Assembly: GCA_028023455.1 (NCBI GenBank)
Contig: JAQFVV010000003.1
Span: forward strand, 10,354,001-10,418,000
Source: Epiperipatus broadwayi
Taxonomy: Eukaryota > Animalia > Onychophora
Reading direction: 5' to 3'
DNA length: 64,000 nucleotides
Below the pieces are notes generated by a model, which did no database searches, had not been told where the DNA came from, and saw only the letters and a list, made by a program, of their open reading frames with translations. Positions within the stretch are counted from its first letter, which is position 1. Every line of letters begins with the position of its first letter. Made by a program: the position numbers and the translations under genes. Shown one piece after another: positions 1-13,337 of the stretch.

Positions 1-1263
1 TTAAGTTTTGCTAAAATCATTTCCATTTTATTATTATTATTTGTGGTAATATTTATTGTAGAAATTATTAAATGCATTACATTTAAGTTGGGTATAGACG
101 TTGCAGAGATTCGTTAGTGGTTGATTATGTTGTGGTTTTCACAGTCGATTAGAATATATAAGTCAACGATGCCACTGTGGTGTCTTATGATCAACACCAA
201 AGGGTCTCCTGTATTCCCTCAGCAATTGACATTATCAATTGACTTTGTATTTTGATCGTTTGTGTTTAATTTGGAATGTTTTTGACCATGGAATCTGTGC
301 AGCTGATCTATACTCGACATTATAAAACAAATTATATAAAAATAATCTGTGCAAACGTATTTAAATGTTAAATTTAAGTCGGGCGTGAATGGCTATATAG
401 TTTTGTAAAGTTATATTAAGGGAGGGTAATCTTAGGTTATTCATTTCGTAGTTGAATTGGTTCAATGGATTGGATATATTTGTGTAATTGTAGATGTAGT
501 ATGAGATCCGCTACAGGCAGGATTATATATATATGCCACACACCTTCTGTTTGCCTATGGATGGGTTTGTAAGACGGCAAAGGACCGCAGTCCATTCCTA
601 TGGAGTTTTATGTTTATTGTTCTACTCGCCAACAGATGTAACATTCCTGTAGGTAGAGAGACAATGTCTTCTCTAATTCTACTTACTTATCAGATGTACA
701 TTCCTGACAGTATAGTATTTTGTGTTGTCGTATTTTCATGCTACATTGAATACATAAATGTATCAGATGGATTGGTGCCGGTTTGATTGCGAAATTTGTT
801 GCCTAAGGTTAAATCAAGGAAGAATATTTTCTTTTCAAATGCAGATCTATGTAGTCTATTCATACTCGACTCACTAAATAAATATTAAACTCATGGTTGT
901 AATTTACTTAAATGTAAAACTAAAGATTAATAGAAAAATCTAAAATGTTGAATTTATTCCTCAAAATTTAAATGTTATTTTATATGTGCGTAAATAAATA
1001 TTTTTATGTGTTAATTTCTGGCAGTGGCTTTTATTTATTTATATTTAAGATATAAATTAAGATATAGATTTTTATCTCTGTGTCTCCACTGAGCTGGTGA
1101 CTTGGGCTAATGATCTGAATATTTAAATAAAGTGGAATCTTAACAGCGCGTATCTGCCTACTCTATCAATTTTTCTAGGTTTAAATGCCTAGATGGCGCC
1201 TTGTAGAGCAGATATTGTAGTTTGCGGTTAGATTCGATCTCCACTTTCATTTCGATCGTTATA
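1..1263 (-). mobile_element. LTR-like repeat, reverse-orientation copy of 27824-~29085, cut by the window start
   Basis: The reverse complement aligns with 27824-~29085 (e.g. cgatcgttata at 1253-1263 vs tataacgatcg at 27824). The terminus abuts a (TA)n run at 1264-1275. No coding capacity seen. Confidence 0.75.
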
Positions 1264-1341
1264 ATATATATATATGAATGTAGCAATGATTTATTAATAT
1301 TTATTGCTGAAAATTAGACATTTTCTTTATATAATTGTAAC

Positions 1342-2372
1342 TATTTATTTTTACAAAGCACAGACGGTATTGAAATTAAACTGAGAGAGTGCAAACCTTT
1401 CAAGTGCTTAGCCAATCAGATCGCAAATACTGAGACAGAGAATTTAACTAGAAAAGAGTGGTTCCACTCTCTTCTTTACTGGTCTTTCTATATATCCAAG
1501 CCAGTCCAAAGTACTTAGATCTGAAAGCATGAATCTTAAATATCTTCACACTCAACTCACTGAGTTCTAATTATAAACATACAGTGTGAAATCTTTCGAT
1601 TTACTATGCAGTAGTTTTTCAGTGTTATAACTTGCAGCAATATATGTAAATATTTATTTTTACAAAGCGCAGACAGTATTGATATTAAACTGAGAGAGTG
1701 CAAACCTCTTAAGTGCTTAGCCAATCAGATCGCAAATACTGAGACAGAGAATTTAACAAGAAAAAAGTGGTTCCACTCTCTTCTTTACTTGTCTTTCTAT
1801 ATATCCAAGCCAGTCCAAAGTACTTAGATCTGAAAGCGTGAATCTTAAATATCTTCACACTCAACTCACTGAGTTCTAATTATAAACATACAGTGTGAAA
1901 TCTTTCAATTTACTATGCAGTAGTTTTTCGATGTTATAACTTGCAGCAATATATGTAAATAATATTTATTTGTACAAAGCACAGACAGTATTGAAATTAA
2001 ACTGAGAGAGTGCGATCTGATTATCTAAGCCCTTGAGAGGTTTGCACTCTCTCAGTTTAATTTCAATACCATCTGCGCTTTGTAAAAATAAATATTATTT
2101 ACATATATTGCTGCAAGTTATAACATCAAAAAACTACTGCGTAGTAAATCGAAAGATTTCACGCTGTATGTTTATAATTAGAACTCAGTGAGTTGAGTGT
2201 GAAGATATTTAAGATTCACACTTTCAGATCTAAGTACTTTGGACTGGCTTGGATATATAGAAAGACAAGTAAAGAAGAGAGTGGAACCATTCTTTTCTTG
2301 TTAAATTCTCTGTCTCAGTATTTGCGATCTGATTGGCTAAGCACTTGAGAGGTTTGCACTCTCTCAGTTTAA
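1342..2372. repeat. ~310-bp satellite: two full units plus a partial unit forward, then ~1.2 units inverted
   Basis: Unit starts (tatttatt..tacaaagc) at ~1342, 1651 and ~1964. From 2011 the sequence is the reverse complement (tgcgatctgatt..cttgagaggtttgcactctctcagttt) through 2372. Confidence 0.9.
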
Positions 2373-2829
2373 TTGTAACTATCTTTTTTATATATATGTA
2401 TTTTAATTAAAGTGTTGGAATTTAAAAACAAAAAGAAAAATGGGGAAGGCTCGAAATACTTTTGAAATCATTAACAAGCTTAAACGATCTTTATCTGTAG
2501 TCAGATTATTTTCACTAATTAGAACTAAAATTTAATTAAAATTATGAGAAATTTTTTTGTTAGTTCATTTGCAAATCTTTACAAATATCTAAAATAGTAT
2601 CTTGAGCCTCGAGCCTTAACTATTTTAAAAATTTTGCTAATTAAAATCAAGAGATTACGGGAATAGCTGTGGGCAAGTAAAATAGCATTCTTGGAGGGAT
2701 TAAAAATGTATAAAAGTATTCATAGAACAAAAGAAATCAGTTAATAAATTCTTTCAGCACATTTGAGTCAGTAGGTAAATTTTCAGAGAAGGTGATTCAA
2801 GAAATCGTCAAATTTTAAGAAGTTAACAC

Positions 2830-2980
2830 CTGTCCAGTGCTATGAATTTTGAGTAGAGGAAATCCAGTGTCTTTCTCCTTTCCTCAGAGACTTTTCTTGC
2901 TGCTGCCTTGTTCCATCCATCTGACAGTTCGCACAAATGACTGAGTACTGAGCCTACTTGCTGTGCTTTCCTGAGGTAAC
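2830..2980 (-). CDS. Candidate spliced host exon, product unknown
   Basis: Minus strand reads cattacataag|GT TAC CTC...CTG GAC AG|gtgtt. One frame is open throughout (YLRKAQQVGSVLSHLCELSDGWNKAAARKVSEERRKTLDFLYSKFIALD) and GC is higher than the flanks. No family recognised. Confidence 0.25.
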
Positions 2981-3728
2981 CTTATGTAATGAAGAGCTGC
3001 TTTAAATTTGTATAATATGTAATGAAACTATGACTTCATTAATGTATTAGTGTATAACTTCTACTAATTTTGTTCTTGAACTTTCTCTCTCTTTATAATC
3101 CCTACTATTTTAGTGTAATTTTTAACTTACCTGCCATGCTTGAACTCTTATATATAGCTTTGTGCAGCTCCATTAGATATTTTTAACTTATATGTGTTAT
3201 ATATGTAGACAATTTATGCTCTTTAATTAATATGCATAAGGGTTTATTTTATTTATTTAATGGGGAAAGAAGCAGGGGCTTCATTTAAAATTTATTAGTA
3301 AAGTTTTATTCATTTTAACAGAAATTGCTCGCTCTGTTGGTTTTTATATTTAAATCTTTTATTCACATTTTTTGTCTAAAATATTTTATTGTGGATGCAT
3401 ATTTTTACTTTAGTATTTGAATTTATTCCTAAATTGTCATTTAAAAGATTGTGAACCTTAATATTGTTATCATCCCATCTTGCTATTTTGCACAGAGGGT
3501 TAGTTCTGTTACTAAAACATTGATGGAAATCGGATTTAAAAATAAATTTTATTAGTTTACCATTAATAGTTAAAAGAAATATTATCCATTTATAATTTGT
3601 TTAATGATTCTTTGTTTAAACATATCATTGTGCAGAGGTCAAACCATTTTCAGGCTTTAGAATATAACATTAATTTTAGTGCTCAGGTCTAATGCTGCTG
3701 GCATATGTTTACTTTCCCTTATGGTACT

Positions 3729-3731
<3 letters not shown>

Positions 3732-3801
<70 letters not shown>
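3732..3801. repeat. (TA)n microsatellite
   Basis: Perfect AT dinucleotide run of ~70 bp. Confidence 0.98.
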
Positions 3802-3803
<2 letters not shown>

Positions 3804-5476
3804 TTATTGCTTTGTCACTGCGACTTCGGAAGCCTGAAACTCCCATCCTACTCTCTCAAAATCATTCATAATCAGGGGTATATGCTACTCCCTGTGGAAT
3901 GCAAGATATGAGGTTTTTATTGTGCTGTGGAAGTTCCATATAGCTGGCTATGGGCATTCAAACCCAAGCTCTCCATTCAGTACTATTCTGCCAAAAATGC
4001 ACAGATGTACCAACCCTCATTCATTCTCAAATGTGTTAAAATGATGAAATATTCAAACTACCATAAGAGTTGTATTTCTCTAATGACATGCTACTATCAT
4101 TATTGTATTAAATTGATTTGTGCCTGTTTGATTTTTTGTTAGCCGCAACAAGGTGTTGGAAATAATGACTCATTCATGAAATATGCCAACATGCTAATTA
4201 GTCAGTATGCTATTTTTAAACTGCCTTCTTTTAAAATATTAATCAATTCCCATAAATGTAAATCAATACATATTCTCTGTAAAACATTAATAATTATATA
4301 TTTTACCTCTCCTTGACAATGTAACACATTGTTTGCTTTTGTATACTTATTCTAAAGATGTTATGTCCAAACAATGCCTATCAAACATATATAATGATTT
4401 TTAAGATTGCAAATAAATGATTGAGACTGTATATTTATATTTATTTGTCAAAATGATTAATGCCAAATTCTCAAGCATCTTTCTATAATCTGAATCTGTT
4501 CTGATCTTGTAGATTGTTTTATGCATCCACAACATTCTGTTTGAAAAAATTTATAAATTGGCATGTTCAACTCCACACAAGCTTTAACACACTTCATAAA
4601 ATTATATCCATTAAATAATTAAGGTAAAGGGGATTTTATAAAAACAAATTCCCAAGTTTTGTACGTAGTCAACATCACTCCAAGCATGAAACAATTATAA
4701 CATATATATACATTTTCTTAATATTTTATTAAATATATATATATTTCATGTAAATCCTGGTTTTTTTAATTATTTTCTTCTAGTTAATATTTACAATTAT
4801 TTTTCTTAGCTAATAGCTTAGCATTAATAAATACAACTTTAATAAATGTAATTCCTGGGCTACTCTTATATCAATCATCACCATCAGTCTATTGCTTTGT
4901 TTTCAGACCTGGAATTTAAATAATTGTGCTGTATCATTGGTATTGTTGTTCATAGGGTCAGAGACTCGAAGAATAGGCATATAGGTTAGAATCCAGGATT
5001 TCTTCAAACCTGTGCATCTCGAGTATGATCGGATTTGAAGTACTTTTGCTTAGGATTTGAGTCTTGTTGTGTGGCCATATATTTTTAACTGGTACAATAT
5101 AATGCAATTTCCATAACAATCTCCAATGTTTCAACTGTTTTATATTCTTACAGTCATTTTCAAGAATCTGCAACAATAACAAGAAATACATATTTATAAA
5201 TAAAACCTTAATTACATAAAACTTTCTATTTTATATTAACGTAAACAGTAACAAACATATTAGTTACACATAATTATATTTTACTTATATCTGCCTTCTC
5301 TATTTATATTATTACACTACTTTTTACATTATATAATTACAAATCTTAAAATCATTCAAGACACTTTTTATACAAATTTAAAACCAATCCTAATTTCAAA
5401 TTACTTCCCCCTTTTTAAATCTTATCTAAAAAACCCATCTCAAAACCACATTCCTAAACTATATCTTTAAATGAAT

Positions 5477-7036
5477 ATAAATCTAAATACCAAGTTGAAA
5501 TTAAAAGTATTGTAAGAATCTATCTGTTGTATATTTCATTAATTATTTAAGAACTTTTAAAATTAAAAATACTCAAAAGAAAAAAAGAACCGATTTTTAA
5601 GTGAAAATTTTTTGCTAAAAAAACCCAAACGGTGAGAATCCTGTTTGTAAAATAAAATTAATTATAAGTGCAGAGAGGGGGGGATTAAAAAAGCATAAAT
5701 TACAGAGTTTTCTTTTGTTTGAATTATTCAGAAAAATTAAAACTGTTTAATTGAAAGTTATTGGTGCAAGTTGCTATGAAAGTGTTCTTTGGCTAGAGAG
5801 AGTCAAGGACTTCTTTCCCAGGGGCAACCTTGTCTTCCTAGTTGCACCTGATGTATACCAGGGAATTTTCTATCTTTGAAAGAGTAAGAAAACAGTCATC
5901 TAGCTTAAAGGTGTTTCAAGATGAAAGAGGACTAAGATGATCCATGCAACAAGCTACTGAAAATGTCAACCCACAGACTAACACCTTCTGATTAAATTTG
6001 ATGGATTGATAGATGCTAATACATGGGAAATTGATGGTCAATGCCAATTTAATCCATTTTAACAATAGATAAATGAGTGGATAATTTATAAAATGTTTAT
6101 AAAGTGAACATTACTACTATAATATAGTGAAATACACTTATAGATTCAATCAGTTATATTTTATGTGTATAAACTATTTTAGACTAAATGTTTCAACAAT
6201 AGAGCATGGGATTACTTTGCATAATCTATGCAGTAAGGGTCTTTTAGAAATGATTATTTATTAATTTTGACATAATTTTGGAGGGGTAGGTTTTTATATT
6301 TTATTTTTTTATATATATTTTTTAATCTTTGTTATATTTATGCATAGGTAGATTTTGGTTTCACAAATGTGAAGAGCTCAATCATGGAGAAATAAAAAGT
6401 AGGTTAAAGTCAGTTTAAATTATGGCCATAAGACACAAAGACACTTATGCCATAATTTAATGGTTAAGATTAATTTATTTATCATTAATATTGTAGAAGT
6501 TTTGGATTAAGCTATATATAGTCAATTCATTATTATAATACACATAGTCTTTCACTTCTATTTGTAGAGAGGCCATCTAGAATATTGGATTTTATTCATG
6601 TCATAGGTTTGTAGGGAGCATATTTTCCTCAAGAAAGATAATTAGAATGTTAGAATAAGAATATTGTTAAATAATGTGTAAGCAATTGCTCTAATTGGAA
6701 AATATTTTATTTTAAAATAGACTGAATCATTTCAGATTTCAGTTAGATGTGATAGGGAAAAGAAATGGAAGAAGGTGGTTATTTTAATATATAACTGTAA
6801 TAGTGAAAACAATTGTGTTGTCTGGAGAAATTAGTTTTCTGGAATTATTAGAATCTATAAAAGATTATGCTAGAAAAATATTATATGACCATGTAACATA
6901 TATAAACACTATGATCATTGAATAATCTTTTTGATCTAATGCTAGGCTATCTGATTAGTGGTGCTATTGTATCAGCTATTATAATTTTAGTAAATCTTTA
7001 TAGTTTGGCAGCTCTAAAGTGTTTCATATCATCACA
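5477..7036 (+). mobile_element. Ty3/Gypsy LTR (5' LTR of copy A, 5'-truncated)
   Basis: Homologous to 21808-23439 and, over its last ~720 bp, to 10096-10886. All three copies end in ...atcaca/accaca. Copies A and B continue into the same internal sequence (tagagtaattgagg); the third does not. Confidence 0.8.
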
Positions 7037-7199
7037 TAGAGTAATTGAGGTCTCCTTATGAAAATGACTTTCCAACATGTAGAACTTGTTATCAGAGACA
7101 TCAACCTGAGAAAAGAGGGAGGGTTGGTGTAAATAAAGATATTCAGGTGGAGGCAGGAGAGATAGAATCTGAAAGGGGTGGGATATTTTTTTAGATTGT

Positions 7200-8665
7200 G
7201 AAATTTTGAAACTGAAATGGAAGACAGAATTAAAATAAAAACATTTAGGGGAGATAGAGAAGAAAGCCCATTTGAATATTTAAAAAGCTTAGAGTATTGT
7301 TTCCACATATATAAAGTAGAAGAAAAAGAGAAAATAAATATAGTAAGTAATTATTTGGAAGGGACAGCACAAACTTGGTTGAGAACTATACATAAAAGTT
7401 CAGATAACATCAAGCAGTATGCTAAGACATTGGAGTGTACATTTTGGGGTGTAGAAAAACAAGAAAAGATGGAAAGAGACATAGAAATGGAAAGATACAG
7501 AAGAAAGGAAATGACAGGAAAAAGACAAAAAAATTTATTAAATAAATGGCAAAGTTGAGAATTGTGGGTGAATAATGAAAAAAAACATGCCAGAAAATAT
7601 TCAAAACAGACTAACTAAATTTATAAGCAAAGAGTTAGAAGAGACATTGAAAGCACTTAGAAATGAAGAAAACATAGAAGTAAAAGAGGAACAAGAAAAA
7701 AGGTGGGCCAAAGTTTTAAACGTAAGAGGAAGAAAAGATCCCAACAGTGGCTGAACAGACTTGCTTGGTGATCCCAATTAAAGTACAGGGGATCAAAATA
7801 CAGGCTCTGCTTGATTCAGAGATTCTGGTCTCAATAATTTTTAATAAAATGGTAAACCTGATTAAGCATCAGAAGGGTGAAATGTAGGTGTTACCAATAA
7901 AAAAAGTCAGAGATAACCATGGCTAACTATAGAATAAAAAAGGTGGACTTTCAAGTGTATGTAGAAATACACAAATTGGAGGGAAAATAAAAAAGCATAC
8001 ATTATTATCAATGCCAGGGTTGATAGAGGGTGTAATACTTTGATTCGATTTCATGCATCAAACTGGGAAGTCGGAGATAAAGTGTATGTAGAAATACAAA
8101 TTGGAGGGAAAGTAAGAAAGCATACATTATTATCAATGCCAGGGTTGATAGAGGATGTAATACTTGGATTCAATTTCATGCATCAAACTGGGAAGAAAAT
8201 AAATTATGGAAATAAGTCAGCAGTAATAGAAAATGAAAAAGTTATGTTTAGTAATAGGATAAAACATGATAATAATAATAAGATAACATATATTTTAGAA
8301 GATGACATACACAAAGAGTTAAGGAATAAAGTAAGAAAGTTCAGAGGGAGCAATACTAACTGGGGAAGCTAACTCAGAGAAATAGTACAGCAATACAAGC
8401 AAGTGTTTGCAACAAAATTTGAGAATCATAAAAGATTATGTTCAAATAAATTTAAGAGCCACAACACATTTTTAGTGTAGGTCATACCTGGTCCCAGTCA
8501 AATATAAGTACAGAGTAGGCAGTCAAATATGATAGATGGAAGAATGTGGAATCATTAAGAAACAATAGTCTTCATACATAAACCCTCTGGTAATCATAAA
8601 GAAAAATGATGACTCTGAGAATATGTTTAGATGTGTGCCAATTAAATGCAATCACTATACCTGAC
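7200..8665 (+). pseudogene. Degenerate Ty3/Gypsy gag-protease-RT start (copy A), with an internal ~117-bp tandem duplication
   Basis: ORF 7217-7558 has capsid-like F.G...E.P..YL..LE and NYLEGTAQTW motifs. ORF 8040-8372 has the protease C-terminal 'DVILGFNF' motif. 7953-8070 is duplicated at 8080-8195. Colinear with copy B until 8665. Many stops and frameshifts. Confidence 0.8.
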
Positions 8666-10095
8666 TTCTTTAGATGACAGGTGGCCAAGTTAAGGACCCT
8701 GGCATCCGACCGTTTATCAGAACTTCAGATATATACCACGGTTCATCATGGTGATCTATTTAACTGGCAGGATAGTAGACGTTCTTTCATGATTGAGCTG
8801 AAATTCAGACAGGCAAAGATCAAGCAAACGCCTGTTTAAGGTCCTTAGCCACACATATTCACAGGCATATGCCTGCTAGTATTTTCTCAGAAAAAATTTC
8901 TCCTCACGTCCAGCTCTACAGACAAGTTCTGATCACCTTGAAATCCAAAAGTCAATTAATAAATTTTTTATAATCTAGATATGTCCTATCTGTCATTCCG
9001 CCAGCTATTGTTTATTGGAATGTCACTAATTGAAAAATGTCTTTTTCACACCTTTATTTTATCTTCTCTAGATCTATGAGGGAATTTTTCTATAAGTTTC
9101 ATTTTTACACCATGATGAACCATGCTATATATCTGAAGAAGGGAATGCTGCTACAAAACTTATAATAAGAAAAGAAATGAAACCTAATACAAAGGATCTC
9201 GATGAATAAACTAACCAATTGGAACATATAGGAAGAAATCAACTGTCTCTGCAAAAGAAGTGGGGAATTCCCACAGGATGGTTAATAAGGTACCGAATGT
9301 CAAGTAACCAAGGTAAAGAACATTTTTATAAAACATGGATGTTTTCTTGATTTTTTCATATCAAAAAGTAAACATATTAGTTTTAAAAAAAATTGTGCAA
9401 TAACTAAATAAAGAAATAAGAACTAGTACCAAATAAATGCATTTATTAGAAAAAATAACAAATATTTATGCTGGGCTTTTGCTCATTAGCCAGTTTGTCA
9501 TGTAATCATATTATTGTAAGATTTATTTTGTAATATTTTGATCTTAAATTTATTATGCCATTTATCTAATAATTTTTGGGAATTAAACATTATTATTATT
9601 ACTAACAAAAAACAAAATAGTTGTCTTGCTTAATTCTTCCTTTTCTTGCCAAGCGAATGATTAATTATCAACTTGAATCTAGGTCATGAAACTTACGTAA
9701 ATAACTTTAGATTGAAATAAAAGAAGAGAAATTTAAATAAATTTCTATGTAGTCTAAAGAGAGGAAAAGGGGAATAGATAAGAATAGTAGAAAGGGTTAT
9801 ATGTTTAGATTCTTTTGATTACCATGATAAATTCCCGTAAAATTTTTATAAATATTTCAAGCGCTGGATTGTTTTTTTAATTAAATCATTCTTATGGATG
9901 GAGTATCCAGCAGCTGAGGGGTGGCTGATCAGGAAAAATAATACTGGAATAGTGCATTTGTAATTTTTCAGGGTTCAATCAGGAATATAAGCCTAAAATA
10001 ATTAGTTTATATTTGCTTCTTGCTTGACGTGACAGTGGTGTCGATTAGTAAAATACGTAGGCACAAACAATAAACTGTTACTATATATATATATA

Positions 10096-10886
10096 TAATC
10101 TTTGTTATACTTATGCATAGGTAGATTTTGGTTTTACAAATGTGAAGGGCTCAATCATGGAGAGATAAAAAGTAGGTTAAAATCAGTTTAAATTATAGCC
10201 ATAAGACACAAAGACACTTATGCCATAATTAGTGTGTATAAAAGCAAAATAGATGGACCTAAGACCCAAAGATACTTATGCCATCATTTAGTGGTTAAGA
10301 TTAATTTATTTAGCATTAATATTGGAGAGGTTTTGGGTTAATATGCTTAGAATACACCTGCTCTTTTATTCCTATTTGAATAGGAGGGCATTTAGAATGT
10401 TGGATCCTAGTTATATCATAGGGTTATGGAGGACATATGTTCCTCAGGAAAGATAATTATAATGTTAGAATAAGGGTATCTTTATACAATTGGTAAGCAA
10501 TTGCACTAATTGGAAAGTATTTTATTTTAAAATAGATTGAATCATTTCAGATTTCAGTTAGATATAATAGGGAAGAGAAATGGAAAAAGATATAATAAAG
10601 ACAATTGTATATTCATACTTGCATGTTTCTCTGGTTATTTTAGTGTATAATTATAATATTGAAAACAATTGCATCTGCTGGAGAAAGAGTTCTGGAATTA
10701 TTAGTGTCTGCAAAAGACTATGTTAGATTATGCGCTCATGTTATGTATATAAATAAATACTACTATCATTGAATAATCTTTTCAGTCTAGTGCTAGGCTA
10801 TCTGCTAGTGGCACTATTGTATCGGCTATTATAATTTTAGTAATCTTAGTAGTTTGTTCGCTCTAAAGTGTTTTTGTTCCATCACA
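10096..10886 (+). mobile_element. Partial 5' LTR of Gypsy copy B
   Basis: Aligns to ~6320-7036 and ~22660-23439. Homology starts right after a (TA)n run at 10082-10096. Confidence 0.75.
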
Positions 10887-12756
10887 TAGAGTAATTGAGG
10901 TCCCCTTATGAAAATGGTTTTCCAACATGTAGTGCTTGTTAATGGAGAGATTGGCCTGAGAAAAGACTCGGGGTTGAAGTAAATGAAGATATTCAGGTAT
11001 GGGTAGGAGAGTGAGGTAGGATTCCAAAGGGGGGGGGTTGTTTTCATTAGACTGTGAAAAAGAAAAATAGTGGTGAGAAGAAATTTTGAAACTGAAATGA
11101 AAGACAGAATTAAAATAACATTTAGGGGAAATACAGAAGAAAGCCCATTTGTATATTTAGAAAGCTTAGAGGATTGTTTCCACATATATAAAGTAGAAGA
11201 GAAAAAAATAATTATAGCAAGTAATTATTTAGAAAGGGAGGCACAACCCTGGTTGAGAACTATATATAAAAGTTTTGACAATTTCAAAAGTATGCTAAAA
11301 CATTGATGTGTAAATTTTAGGGCATAGAAAAACAAGAAAAGATGCAAAGGGACATAGACATGGAAAGTCACAGAAAAGAGGAGATGATAGGATATAGACA
11401 ATTTTTTCTCAAATAAATGACTAAGTTAAGAATCTTGGTTGAATATCCTATGCTTTAATCCCAGGTATTAAGAGTAATAAAGAAAAACATGCAGAAAATA
11501 AACTAACAGACTAACTAAATATATAAGCAAAGAGTTAGAAGAGACATTGGAAGCAAAAGAGATAAAAAAAATATAGTGGAAGTAAAAGAGGAACAAGAAG
11601 AAAGGCATGCCAAAGTTTTAAATGTAGGCATTGAAGAGGAAAGAAAGGTTCCAATAATCACCAAACCAACATACCCAGTAATTCCCATAAAAGTGCAGGT
11701 GATCAAAATACGGCTCTGCTTGATTCAAGGAGTCAGATCTTCATAATTTCTAATACAATGGTTAACCTGATTAAGAGTCAGAAGAGTGAAATGCAAGTGT
11801 TAATAATAAAAAAGTCAGAGATAACCATGGCTACCATTAAAAATCAAAGATGGACCCTATCCAAATGTATGTAGAAATACAAGTGGGAGGGAAATTAAAA
11901 ACAAATACATTATTATCAATGCTAGATTTGATAGAAGATGTAATACTCAAATTTAATTTCATGCAACAGACTGGGATGAAAATAAATTACAGTGATAAGT
12001 CAGTAATAATACAAAATGAAAAAGTTAAGTTTAGTAATCAGATAAAAACAAGATAATAATAATAAGGAAACATATATTGTATAAGATGACATACACAAAG
12101 ATGTAAGGAATAAAGTTAGCAAAGTCAGAGGGAACAATACTAACTGGGAATCCAACTCAAAAGAAATATTACAGCAATACAAACAACTGTTTGCAACAAA
12201 ACTGGCAATCATATATGTTTCCAAATAAATGTAAAAGCCAAATCACATTTTTGGTGTAGGTTATACCTGGTCCCAGTCAAATATAAGGTCAAAGTAGGCA
12301 GTCAAATAAGACAGATGGAAGAATGTGGAATCATTAAGAAACAACAGTCTCCATACATAAACTCTGGTAATCATAAAGAAAAAAGATAGATGTGTGTCAA
12401 TTAAACACTGTCACTATACCTGACCACTATGTGCTTTCTCATATTTGTTGCTGAAATTTTGTGGGAAGAAATATTTTTCATCTTTCAATTTAACATTTAA
12501 TTGGCAGATGCCTTATGAGAGTTATACATATGTGTTTCAATGAATTCCATTGTGGCTTGTTAATGGCATGTCAAGGCTGCTGCTGTGTTTGGATCAGATT
12601 TTGTCCAAGAGAATAAAATACTTTATAGTATACTACTTGGATGATGTGGTGATAGCTTCAAACACTCTCCAAGTTCATCTGGAAAATTTATCCATCTTTT
12701 TACAGGATTGTCAACAAAAATATACAACAATTAATTTAAAGAAAAGCGATGTAGAC

Positions 12757-13337
12757 TAGAGTGACCAGACTGGATTGATCAAAAATTGGAACATAACGAC
12801 CAATCATTTTTACACCACTGCACTTTTTTTAAATAAAATTCCATTCCTGTGTATATTCATTGTTGTAAGTACACTTCCTCTTTGGCATGTTGTCTAATTG
12901 TTTAGGATTATTAATAATCCTATTAATTTTATCGCTATATAAAATTAATATCAACAAAGAACTTGTAAAACTATATTGTCAATCAAACCAGAGGCAAGTG
13001 CAGTTGAAATTTTAGTCTACAAAAATTCAACTGTGCATGTTTTAAGGTGAGGTTCGACACAACATGTCTAGCTTGAGAACCTGGCCATATAATGTAATAG
13101 CGATCTTTATTTGGTGTTGGAATTTGTCTGAAGTTTTTCTAATATTACTGTAGAGACTGAAATGAACAGAGATGGCCAAGAAACTCATTTTTACATTGAA
13201 TTACTTATCTGTGACAAATAATAATTATGGTTTATTTGAAAATAAAGAAATACAATGATCCCAAAAAGAAGATATTTTGGGAAGACTAATCAAAAATAGG
13301 GACAAATCCCGAAAAATCTTGATGTCTGGTCAACCTA
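12757..13337. mobile_element. Non-autonomous TIR element (hAT-like MITE), copy 1
   Basis: Termini TAGAGTGACCAGAC...GTCTGGTCAACCTA, 581 bp, inserted in the Gypsy RT. An inverted second copy lies at 25313-25900. No 8-bp TSD recognisable, so the hAT assignment rests on TIR resemblance only. Confidence 0.7.

Noticed and set aside
1560-1640. Possible ribozyme in the 310-bp satellite (minus strand ctgaaaa..actac/gtagt..aaatc GAAA gattt)
   Set aside because: Small hairpins exist, but there is no CUGANGA core and the motif is not conserved between monomers.
3705-3911. ORF with YIYIYI run (also 48866-49126)
   Set aside because: Translation artefact of (TA)n microsatellites.
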